This document shows, piece after piece, positions 27,153 to 38,617 of a stretch of 64,000 nt of DNA. Each line of letters opens with the position of its first letter. The stretch's first letter is position 1. Source of the DNA: Bilabrum cf. latius (Eukaryota); the NCBI GenBank assembly GCA_965178125.1, contig OZ237765.1:310001-374000 (forward strand), read 5' to 3'. The position numbers were made by a program, and so were the translations under genes. Under the pieces are notes generated by a model. The model made no database searches and was not told where the DNA came from. It saw only the letters and a list, made by a program, of their open reading frames with translations.

Positions 27153-28262
27153 TCACCTGCCACTTCCTGCTCCGCTGGATGCTGCCTTCCGGCCTGACGC
27201 TGCGACTGCAACTCCAAGCCCTTTGTTATACGCCTCGATTGCAGCCCTTGCCTGCTTCTTCCTTGCCCTGTGCACGGAGCTCTCCTTGCGGTGCCGGGTG
27301 AGTTCACTCGCGCCTGGTAGGACTCGCATGCACAGCCAGCATACCCACCTGCCCTGCCAGTGGCCCGTGGCTCGATCCAAAGGATCTGAGTCCTTTCCAG
27401 TCACGGAAGCCACGCTGGAAGAAACAGCGCTGGCGCCCGATGGCGCCGCAGATTCGTCGCCGCTGCCCCCTTCCCAGATCCACGCCGGCAGGGGCAGATC
27501 CAGCGGCGATGTGGATGCGGTGCGGCCAAGAGCAGCCCATAGCCTACTTGGGGCTGCCTTCCTGCCGGCGCTGATGCCACTGCCTGCTGCTAGCGCCTCC
27601 CAAAACTTGTCGTGTCTTGCAGGTGGAGCTGTTGTCAGCTCGCTATCCGTGGCATTTGACGCAGAGGGCTTATCAGTCTTAGATGCTGACTATACCTCGA
27701 TGAGGCCATTCTCAGCTTCCGAGGATTCCATATAATTGCGTCCAGATTCAACGTGTGTGTAATTGCCGGTTCGGGGCTCGTACCGAACTCCTCTCTGCGC
27801 GTCGAAGAAGCAGCCCGTCCCGGTTTCGAGCTCGTAAGCCGCCTAGTTCGTCTTGATACTTCGCGGTAGCATCAATCTTTTCAAAGCAGACCGTTCAATC
27901 AGACCCATGTCAACAACTTCATCCAGGTCAATGCTGCGGCTGCGAATGGCTAATCGAAACACTGTGAGCCTGGTCTCAGACACTCGTCGCCTCTTGGTGT
28001 CTGCTTCACCGTGATCAGTACGGCCCCCAATTGTCGGGACCTGGCACGCAGCACGCAGAGCTGCAGCAGCAGCCAAGCTAGACGTCTTTACGATTGCCCT
28101 CGTTCCTGCACCACGGTATGGAAGAGGATGTCCCTCTCGCTCGTCGAGCAGTATAAGCCGTTCTGGTTGCGGCAGACCTATCCTATCAAATGCATCCCGC
28201 ACATCACTCGCACTAGCCTTATCATCAATTCCATACAACTCGACAAACTGCGACTCCACCAT
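27153..28262 (-). CDS. RBM5/RBM10-like protein (degenerate RRM, OCRE-like repeats, C2H2 zinc finger)
   Basis: N-terminal VELYGIDDKASASDVRDAF is RRM-like, YELETGTGCFFDAQRGVRYEPRTGNY is OCRE-like, and CWLCMRVLPGASELTRHRKESSVH resembles the RBM5/10 zinc finger. TAG at 27843 and about 27690; TGA stop. Confidence 0.6.
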
Positions 28263-28469
28263 TGACACGACGCAATGAATTGAATAGATCCGGATTCGTG
28301 GTTTGCAATGCAGTGCAGGCAGGAACACCAAGTCAAAACAGCAGCACCAAGAGTGCAGCACCCTATAGACGTAGCAAGCACTTCCAACTGGCTCCTAAGG
28401 TAGGCTAGTAGGCTGGGCATTTCATTGCGCATCACACGACATGGTGCATGAATCCTAGCCGCCCCCTCC

Positions 28470-31400
28470 TCACTTGCAGAGACCTCGCAGCAGCACGCCA
28501 CAGGCGCAGCCAAGGAGCAAGCAGCAGCATGCACCGACCGCAATCGCAAGCACTATCGGGTCTGCAATGAGCTGCCGCAGCACGACCCATGTCGATCCAT
28601 GCCTACTGCTCGTCCCCGATTCTAGCCTGCCCGCTTCGGCATACTCTACCTTATCCCGCGAGTCTAGCGTGACACCTAGATCTGCCTCGCTGCTGCTTTC
28701 GTCTGGACTGGAATCCCCAGCGGCTATTCCTACCCCTTGCGCCCACGTCGTGATGAGGCCATACTTGTGCTAAATACACCCTGCATTCCCATGCAACGAC
28801 TCGCCGCCACCGGCACCACAGTTCATACCGGACGGCGAACCACCGCTACCTGCAGCGCGGGGGGCCCCTGCGATTGCCAGCAGTCTAAGGACAGGCCCAT
28901 CTAATCCCCACTGGGCGAATGTTCCGTCTACCACCCAGCCCCACACCCTAGCCCGCCATGCCCCTACAAAGGCCGGTGTTGCATGCAGCCCGGCTTTGTC
29001 CTCCCGGGTGCCCTTGATGGCCCCTGCATTGGTGCGTCTCTCGGCCCGGGCCAAGACTTGCTCCTCGCGGGACAGCTTGCCCGCCAGCTAGTAGTACTTT
29101 AAGGCTTCTTCTGCAAGCGATGACATCATGACCACGTTCTCGCTAAAATTGCCTTCTTCCTTGATTGATGTTGCTGCTCCAAAGCCCTAGGTCTTGCTCT
29201 CGTTGTTAGCCATGTACTCTTGCATCAGCATGGCAAGCTCTGCTTCCGCTCGATACGCAAGTACGAACGCCCCCCTAGCCTTACCAACCGCTGCTGCTCT
29301 GCCATAAAACAACGAAGCCATGCTGGCCAGCTCACGGCCTGTGTTCGGGCTCACTACCAGGGCTCTGCCACTAGCGTATCTAATGCTACCGCTCACAGCA
29401 TGTACACTCCCAACCTGTCCAATTGCTTCGATCGCAGCTGCCTCAGCAAGCAAATCATCCCCCAGCTGCACAAGCGCAGCCCCCGCCAGCAGATTATCAT
29501 GCCTCCCTACCATGGCGTGAACCTGTCCAAACGCGCCTCTGGCCATCGCATCCGCCTACCAGTATCTGGCCAGCCTCGCGCCCTAGGCTCTGCCATCGTC
29601 ACCAATACCACTGGTACCCACCACCGCCACAGTGCGCCCCAACTCCTCTGATACCTCTGCTGCCCCGCCGCCGAGTGAAGCAAACAGCTCGCCTGCCAGC
29701 CGTTTGTGAAGCAAGTACGCAACGTTGCCCGCTGCAATGCCCTCACCATGCAATGCACGAGACCTGACATACGCAACGAGGGCAGACTCAAAGTCCCCCT
29801 GCAGGTACCGGTCGAATCCATCCCGCAGCTAACCGCCCCACGGACCCAGGTCGCTCGCAGCCCGAAGGTACTGCAGGGCCTGAGTGGCGTCCCTGGGCCC
29901 TCCGATACCGTCAAGAATCAGCTGGCCCGATGTATACACACACTGAAAGTTACCCCAGCTTCTGGCACAGCGGACGTACAGGGCGCGGCCCTGCTGTTGC
30001 GCCAGAGAAACTGATCCATTGAGAGCCGAGTCATGGCCATTCAGTATGCAGTAGGCCGCGTTTGCAGCGGCCTCACCCGCAGCAAGGGAGTCCCCCGCGG
30101 CCTGCCCGTCTCCCATAGCACGCCGAAACAAGCCGAGGGCCGTGGTGCGATTCTGCGGCAGGCCCCCTTGCCCAAAGAAGTACGCATACCCCAGACCATT
30201 GCTCGCCTTGGCCGATCCCTTGTCTTGTGCTTCCTTGTATAGCTCCACGGCGGTCTTGTTGTCTGCAGGCCCGCCCTCACCCTTGAGTAGCATAGAGGCA
30301 GCTGCCACCAGAGCGTTCACACCACCGTGGTCCGCAGCACGCATGAACCAGCCCCTAGCAGCTGCGTGGTCCCGCGGCACACCCCTAGCCCCCCAGTAGA
30401 ATAGATCTCCCATCATCTCCTGCGCTTGCGGATCCCCACGCTGTGCCCTGTCCAGCTGCTCTGCAATTGCTGGATCGTCAAGCCCGAGTTCGCCTCGCCC
30501 AGCCGCCTGCACAGCCTGCATCTCGAACACGATCGGGTCCGAGGCCCCAGCCAGCGCCGCTTCCGCTTCCTCCGTGGCCGACACCTCTCTCTGCAGAAGG
30601 TGCTTCTCGTGCATGGGCTGGCTTCCAGGGCTAGAATAATACTTGTTCGCCCGCCACGCAGACAGCCGTGCGTAGTGTTGCGCGGTCTCGGGATCTGCTG
30701 GAAGAGACAGCGGCTGGGGAGCTGGAAACGGGGCACCGGCCACATTCGAACCACCGTACCGAAATGAGGCTTGAGATGGGCGGTGCACATCGCTGGATCC
30801 GGAGCATTGAAGCGCAGCGTGCAGAGAGGGTACATGGATGACAATCACTGCAAGCTCTGCTGCGGAGCTATTGAGAAGATCCACCGGGATGATCACACAG
30901 CCAGCCTAAGAGGGCATCAACGCAGGAACGCCTTCATCGCGTGCCGTCGATTTGTTCTCGCTGCTCTTCCCTGCTTCCCTCATGCCAAACCCCATGCACT
31001 GATCATATCCTCCATTCGATGCGGATAGCCACTGCAACTGCAATAGTGTGCCCAATGCTGCCTGTGCCTAGCCAGCTGCGCCAACTCCAACTAATGTCTG
31101 CCCACGAGCCTGGACCCATCGCTGAATTTCATGATTGAGCAACCAACCGGTCAACAGTTTGGATCTACCTGATCCTTCGCTCGATAATCCCCCGGAGCCG
31201 GAGCACATCGGACTGCCGGCTGCTGCAGCAACAGCGCGCGCCAATCCGCGTGGCCCACCCAGAGAGCCCCTCGCCTGTCCTACTCCCTGAGACATGTGCC
31301 CCCACCGCACGCCGGTCGCAGGCTCTATGCCTTCTGCGATACTTTCACCCGTTTGATCATCAGTGCTTTCGACATCGGCCCCGCCCCTGTGCGGGTCATA

Positions 31401-34400
31401 CCTCTGCGCCAGCAAGTGAGTGGCCTCGTCGCTTCCACCAGCCGCTGCAAGGAAAAGCAGGCCTTGCGACTGCAGGGCATTATATGATACACGCTTTCCA
31501 GCGACCAGGACGCCGCTATCGTGCACGGATGGCGATTTGAGACCGGTCAACCCGAGTCCAGCCAGCCATGACAGCTCCAATGCAGCGGAGCCACCTTCGT
31601 CTCCTGCGGCAAACACCGCCCGGAGGAGCTCCACCGCTGCCACCTGCCTGCGTCCGCACGACCTGCCCTTGCCCTTGCTGCAGCGAATAGCGAGACTCGT
31701 GGTTTCTCCGCGGCACTGCGACCTTCCAGGCATCAGGAGCGCCTTGGCAAGCACCGTGCACGCCTCGTGATGCTGCACGGCCAAAGGTGCATAGCCTGCA
31801 ATCGAGCCGCTATCGGATGGCACGACCTGCCCTGAGCATGCAAACGCGAGCGACCTCAGCACGCAGCTGTACTTGACAGACTAACAAGTGGCGACTGCGT
31901 CCTCTGCACCCACGTCTGCTTCGGGGCCGACATCCTCAAGCCCGCTGGTGCCCTTCTCACTAGCCTATACGCCTTGCTCCGGTGGCTTGTGCACGTCCGT
32001 CTCAAACTCTGTCAGCAATTCATCCACGTCATTGGACTACGGCTTGCTCGCTGCGTCGTCCGCAAGAGCCCTGCTCGCTGCCGCCAGCTTTGCGATGTCC
32101 TCATCATCGTGGGCCCGTAATCCACTGAGAGCATGCTAGAAGGCAGATTCAGTCTGCTCCTGCAACGAAGCCGACCGGGAAGCATCGACTGGGTGGCACG
32201 CGGCACCTCCGTTGCCAGGGCCTGCCTTGATGCGTGACGCAGGCGCCGACGCCAGCTGTAGCGGGCTCCAGCCATCGACAGGGCCAGCCTTCTCTTCCTA
32301 TTCAACAGATCTGATGAAGTCCGCAACTGCGTCCATGGGGCTGCTCTACACCTGTTGTTCCCATGCGTGCACTCCAGCAGCGGCAGCCGTCGCCGAAATG
32401 GCCTCCTCCATCGAGACGCCAGGGAATGCAGCAGGAGCCTCATGAGGGCGGTTCACTCTGAATGGGTGATCGCCACTGTACCCGGCGTCTGACTTCGACT
32501 AGCGCACCGAAGCCAGTGCCTTCATTGCAAGGTACTACTCCAGCCGTACCCGCGCCTTGATAGCGCTCTGCAGGATGCCTGTCGCGTTCGGCTTGCCTCC
32601 AGTGCTGCTAGTCACGCGGCTCAGGCATCCGGAATCAGCAACGGCATTGCTGCTGTCGCTCTGTGTGGACACGAGGAAGATACACTCGGGGAGGCTTGCT
32701 AGACCGCCTTTCTCAGCCGAATTGTCGCCGTCTACTATCTTCATGCCAAGCTAGGTCGCGCCATAGGCTGCCAGCATTCCGATGGCCCCTTGCCTGCGCT
32801 GCTGTGCGGCTGCAGCGCTGCCGTCCGCAAGAGACTCAAACAACATAGAGCAGTCCCACTCATCACATTGGAGGGCACCATACAGGTTGCTGAGTGCTTC
32901 AAGCCATGCATCGGCTCCATGCACGGTGTCCAGGGTGTCCCCTCGCCCCAGCTGCCACTATTGCCAGGCCACCACGCCGTACTGAAAGAGGCCTTGCAGT
33001 AGGGTACTATTCTGCCTGCCAATGTGTCCAACTCGTGCGGCGTCTTTTAGTTCCAGCCAAGCTACGTGGCTGCCAATCGAGGAGTTGCCTTTGAGCGCCG
33101 GCGACTGCATTGCCCCAACGGCCTGAACTTCGCGTGCGTCCAAAGCCCTGCCCCACAATCGCAGCCCAACAACCAAGGCAGTCGGGCCTGCAAAATTGCT
33201 CATGCCGATCGAATCTGAGCCGATCCAAAGCGGTCCGTCATTTCGTTTGACGTACGGCGGAAGCTCGGGCGCAGACAGGGGAGTAACCTCTGAGTCGTTG
33301 CCGGGGCCGGACGGACTGCGCCGCGGGCGTTTGTCCACGACTGTTGCGGCAGTGTCCAGCTCGCCATTCTAGTACAGACTAAGAGTCATGGACGGTCTGC
33401 CAACCTGATTGTCTCCTGCCATAACCTCCTCGCCTGGCGGTCCCAGCCGCAGGTCGTCATCTGTGTGGTTCCTGGCAGAGATGCATAGGTGCGTCCATGC
33501 TCCTACCGGTATCGTGCCCCTGCTTGTGGTGCCGATATCGTCGTTTTCCGTGGTTGAAACACGCAGCAGAACTTGATTGCTGCCCCCAGTCAGCCAGGCA
33601 GACGGAGTTCTGTTGGGGTTTACACCATCGCCGTGGTACATGAGCGTGCGGGGACTGTTCGATCCAGCTGCCATGGGCGGCGGCCGGTGCCCCTCTTGAG
33701 ATGGAGGGCCTGCAGTGCCCTCTGAGGCGGGGTGCAGCCACATCCACGCGCACATGGTGAGGTGGCCGCGCTTCCTGAACTCCACAGGGAGACTATCGAA
33801 CGGAATCTTGAGCCCGTGCTTCCTCCCGATGGCAAGCACGCCTCGAGTTGCGTAGTCAGCAGGAGGGGGCAGAGCTCCGAGGAACCTAGGGAGCCGGATT
33901 CTGGACCAGATTGAGTCCTCGCTCAATTCCACTGACTGCTGGACTTGCATCCAGGCCCTGGTGGCCAGATCATTTCTGCCAGGAGTCAAGGCAGGCAGTG
34001 GCCCTCGCAAGCTGTGTCTGTGGTTTGAAAAACACTCGCTCTGCCAGCGCCACTGGTTATCAAGGTTTCCAGGTGATCTGTGTTCATGACCAGATCGAGC
34101 GCTACCATCGAGCGAATGGTCCAATTCTTGGTGTATAGTTCCCTACGCAGCCAAGAAGGCTTCTAATTCCTCTCTTGCCGATGCATGAGCCGTGACATCG
34201 GTCTTGTCCACACGCAAGTACATGACAGAAGTACTGCTAGCTGGCCCTCTTCCCACTCGATCGTCTTCCTCTTTCTCGTTCTCAATTCCGCTCGGCTACC
34301 GAACGTATAGGAGGTTAGACAGTGAACACACTGCATGTGGGCCATCCTCGTCACGTGTGCCATCCTGCAGTGCTCGCAGCAATTCCTCCAGTGATCCAAA

Positions 34401-35510
34401 AGAGTTCTCCAGCGGTGCGGAGCCATTTAGCCTTGATGCGTTTCGTGAATCCTGCGGTGTTCCCTCAGCATGCAGTGCAGTGCACGCCCTGACCACCAGC
34501 ACGGCCTAACCCATCGGAACAAAGACACCTAGCAAGCTTCGCCCAGCTGCGGCACCCTCGGTTGAAGCGGACATTTGGCCAGGGTCGTCCATATCGACTG
34601 CATCCGCGTCAGGCTACACTAGTGGCTCGGCATTATTTCTAGCCGGCATCCTACTCCGCCAAATTGCGTCAACCCATGACGCATTCATCCCATACGGCTC
34701 CAAGCCCCTGCCCTGCATCTCTCTCGGCACCATACGCAGCCTGACCGCCCCGCCACTACCACTACCACTAGGCGTAGATCCAGGCTCGGGCTCAGCCCGC
34801 TGCACCCGTACCCTTAGCTACAGCGGGCTGATCCAGGTGCCCACAGTATCACCCCTCGAATGAGTCGTGCCGGCCGGTGACACGGCGCTGCTGTTGTCAG
34901 TGGCAGTGGCAAGGGAAGAGGGCAGCCTTAGGCCGCCCTCCACGATGACAATCCGGGCCACCTGGGCTGAAGTAGCGACTGGAGGCTCGTCAGTAGGCGC
35001 ACTAAATCGCATGACTAGAGCACTATCCCCGTTCATGGTGGCTGAAACGATTTCAACGTCGCATGCAGGGCTTGCCGTGGACTGATCGCATCGAAGCGCG
35101 GATGCTTCATTGGTCCCCACAAACTCGTTGAAATCACGCCCCATGCTACCATCAACGGCATTTGAAATATTGAATGGCAACGATGCTTCAATGCACGGGA
35201 TGCCTGCTGGTGTAGACGCCCGACCATGTGCTCCAATCCGTGCAATCGGGCGATATGTCCATTTTTCGCGCTCTGACTCGTTCTAGCGATGGTCTGATGC
35301 AGATTTTGTACCAATCTAGAACATTTCGTACGTTGCCACGGCCTGTTGCCCTATTATGCTCCCGAAAACTTTGACATGGTCCCAGACTTTGCACGGCTGC
35401 TTGCCACAGTGCAGACTCGCCCATTGAGCAGCCTCGGACCCATATGCCAACAGAAGGGGGTAAACAGTGATTAAAGCAAGTGTAGCGAACGATGGTAAGT
35501 TTGAAACCAT
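28470..35510 (-). CDS. Type I membrane protein with LamG-like domain and Sel1 repeats (SEL1L/SEL1L3/Hrd3-like), about 2346 aa, about 26 in-frame TAG
   Basis: Signal peptide, LamG-like segment (TMCAWMWL..IPVGAWTHLCIS..LY*NGEL..LRLWGRALDAREV), Sel1 repeats (AQEMMGDLFYWGARGVPRDHAAARGWFMRAA, NGLGYAYFFGQG, GPWGG*LRDGFDRYLQGD) and a C-terminal TM helix before TGA at 28470. All ten track fragments share one frame. Confidence 0.8.
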
Positions 35511-35619
35511 GATATTGGAATACTTACGGGCGAATCTGTGCCGTGCGTTCAATTGCAGCCTTGTTCCGGGTTTTCCTACGATCTTGCCGAGCCCAAGACA
35601 ATTGGTTGCGTCCTAGAAA

Positions 35620-36664
35620 ATGGCTGCTGCGGGTTCAAAGAGAGTCGCCATTCATTGGTTTCGAAAAGGGCTGCGTTTGCATGATAATCCAGCGCTACGC
35701 AAGGCCTGCGAGAGTGGCGATATCGTATACCCAGGTCAGATCACGCAACACGTCACATTGACTGGTCCTCCAAAATTCGGCTTTTCTGTGCCCGCGACTC
35801 CATTCAAAGCCCCCTAAATCTAGCAAGCATATGCCGCAGTATTCATACTTGATCCATGGTTTGCTGGGCCATCCAAGGTAGGCAGGAATAGATACAAGTT
35901 TCTGCTGGAGAGCTTGCGAGTGAGCCGACATGCTTTATTTCAAGGTCACATGCGCCACCAGTGCAAGAAAGTCGAAAGTCCTTACATTAGTATGCTTGAT
36001 ATTGCACAAATCGCAGGACTTAGACAACTCCCTCCGCTCGAAGCACGACAGTCGCCTGCTAGTCCTCAGGGGCAAGCCGAACGAGGTGCTTCCGACTGTG
36101 GTCGAGCAATGGGGAGCTTCCCTACTCACTTTCGAGAGGGACACTGAACCGTACGCCGTGTAGAGAGATGGCAAGATTCAAGAGGAGCTTCCTTCTGACG
36201 TAGAAGTGGAGATATGCAGCTCGCACACCCTCTGGGACATGGACAGGATCAAGGCGGTCTGCAGGGGCAAGCCATCCACCTCCTACCAACCGTTCCTGAA
36301 GAAGGTCTTCAAGGCTATGGGTGCCCCTCCCAAACCGGTGGATGCGCCCGAGAAGGGTTCTGTGGGTGGTTGTGACGAGTGGACGCAACCAGAGGACGGG
36401 CAGTTCGGCCGGTCGTGGTGGAACCGAACCCAATCGAAAGATGGAAGCGGGGGTTCAAAGAAGTCAGCCAGTGCCAGCAGCAGCAGCAGTAGTGACCCGA
36501 AAGGTGGATCGTCCTCGAAGCCCGCTGGGGACTGGCGAGACCAGTACGGCGTGCCCACACTGGGCGAGTGCGGGTATGAGGAAGACGATGGGGGGGAGGA
36601 AGGAGGCTCCACTGGGGCTGCGAAGGGTGGTGCAAGCTCAGCGGTAAGCAACAGCAAGCATCAG

Positions 36665-36742
<78 letters not shown>

Positions 36743-37963
36743 TCATCATCGTCGGTGGCAGCAAGCGCCGCCTCGCACTCGTCAGGCGCCGCTGCGCTCT
36801 CAGAGGCGGAGGTACCTTCGGGTGTCTCCCACAGGGCCTTGTTCCCCGGAGGCGAGTCCGAGGGATTGGCCCGACTCGAGCGGAACCTATCGCGCGGCGC
36901 CTGGCTGGCCGCCTTCGAGAAGCCAAAGACGGCGCCGACCGCCCTCGAGCCAGACACCACTGCCCTGAGCCCCTACCTCAAGTTCGGGTGCTTGTCTGCC
37001 AGGACCTTCTACTGGAGGGTGCAGACAGACGTGTACGACGCGCACAAGGGCAAGCACTCGCAGCCGCCCACCAGCATCCACGGGCAGCTGCTCTGGAGGG
37101 AGTTCTACTATGCCCAGTCGCACTGCTTCGAGAACTACTCTAGGATGGAGGGGAATCCCATCTGCAGGCAGATCCCGTGGGACCACGACGAGGAGAAGAT
37201 CAGGGCGTGGGCAGAGGGCAGGACTGGCTATCCGTTCATCGACGCCTGCATGCGGCAGCTCAAGCATGACGGCTGGCTGCACCATCTAGGCAGGCATGCC
37301 GTGGCCTGCTTCCTCACGCGCGGAGACCTGTGGCAGAGCTGGGAGCAGGGCGCCAAGGTCTTCGATCGTCTGCTTGTGGACGCGGACTGGAGCGTCAACA
37401 ACGGCAACTGGATGTGGCTCAGCGCATCGGCGTACTTCCACCAGTACTTCCGCGTGTACTCGCCGGTGGCCTTCCCGAAAAAGACCGACAAGGAAGGGGC
37501 ATACGTGAAGCACTGGGTCCCTGAGCTCAAGAAGTACCCCAAGAAGTACATCTACGAGCCGTGGAAGGCGCCCAGGGAGCTACAGAGGCAGTGGGGGTGC
37601 GTCGTGGGGGAGAGGAAGGGCGGGGATGGATCCCCGGAGGCCTCAATGGGGCTGTACCCCGGGCGGATTGTGGTGCATGAGGAGGTGAGCAAGCAGAACA
37701 TGGGCAGGATGAAGGAGGCCTATGCTGCCAACAAGGCGGGAGGGGGCAGGGCTGCAGGGAGCGGCGCAGAGATCGGAGCCATCGCGGCGCAACTGCAGCA
37801 CGCAGATGCAGCCGGTGATTTTGCGCCACTAAGGGAGGGCAGGTCTGCAGGCAGCAAGCGGAAGCGTGATGAGATCAGGGATAATGCAGAGCGCCCCAGG
37901 TCTGAAGATGGGAGCCCTGCCGGAGCGCAGGCCCCAGTCTCCAAGCACCATCGGACATCTTGA
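35620..37963 (+). CDS. (6-4) DNA photolyase / animal-type cryptochrome family protein
   Basis: [71 protein letters not shown] and NWMWLS. Introns at 35735-35839 and 35920-36016. One in-frame TAG at 36161; TGA stop. Confidence 0.95.
36668..36754 (+). repeat. (TCG)24(TCA)3(TCG)2 microsatellite encoding poly-Ser in the photolyase linker
   Basis: Directly visible trinucleotide run, in frame. Confidence 0.95.
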
Positions 37964-38617
37964 ATCGCTTGTTGCATGGAGTTTGGATACAAGAAAGCTG
38001 GGTGTGCCAATAGTTGACCATGGTCGATACACAGTACTAGTACTACTAGGCCTCGGCCTTCTGTCCACTCCACAGTTCGAGAGGCCCAAACGTATCGTGT
38101 CGGATAAACTCACCTCAATGCCGCGCCCCTTGATAGCTGGCGGTATTGATCATTCAAACCATACTATTTGTCCGTGCTGTAGGCCTACTAAATCCGACGT
38201 GCGGACTATTCAGAATTCGTAGCTGCACGTCACTCGTGCAGCCAAATTTGTATGAACAGAAGTCTCGTGGTTATTGACTGCGCTCTTTTTCTCATCAAAC
38301 TGTTGCAAGTTGTGCCGTGTCACTACAAGTAGTGCCGTGCCACTTCTTGTAGTCGGCGCTGGAGATATTGTTGTCGCCGGCGGCCTGCCGAGGCATCGCC
38401 GAGCTCGATTTCAGCCAACTTCATCAAGATCGAAAAACTGCTGAAACTGATGACATACCGGTCTTCGCTGGTTAAGTGTTTCGTTATGACCACTTAGTAC
38501 ATTAAATGTTGGGTCGTGGCCCTGCTTAACACTTTGCGGCGAGACTAGTATAGCGTTTGCTTAGTACATACGATCAAACGGTATCATTAATAACGCTTTA
38601 ATTCATGCCCTCTTTTT

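Noticed and set aside
37964-38617. Search for a suppressor tRNA-Gln(CUA) in intergenic gaps
   Set aside because: No cloverleaf or A/B-box pattern was recognised here or in other gaps by eye. tRNAscan-SE on the whole genome is needed.
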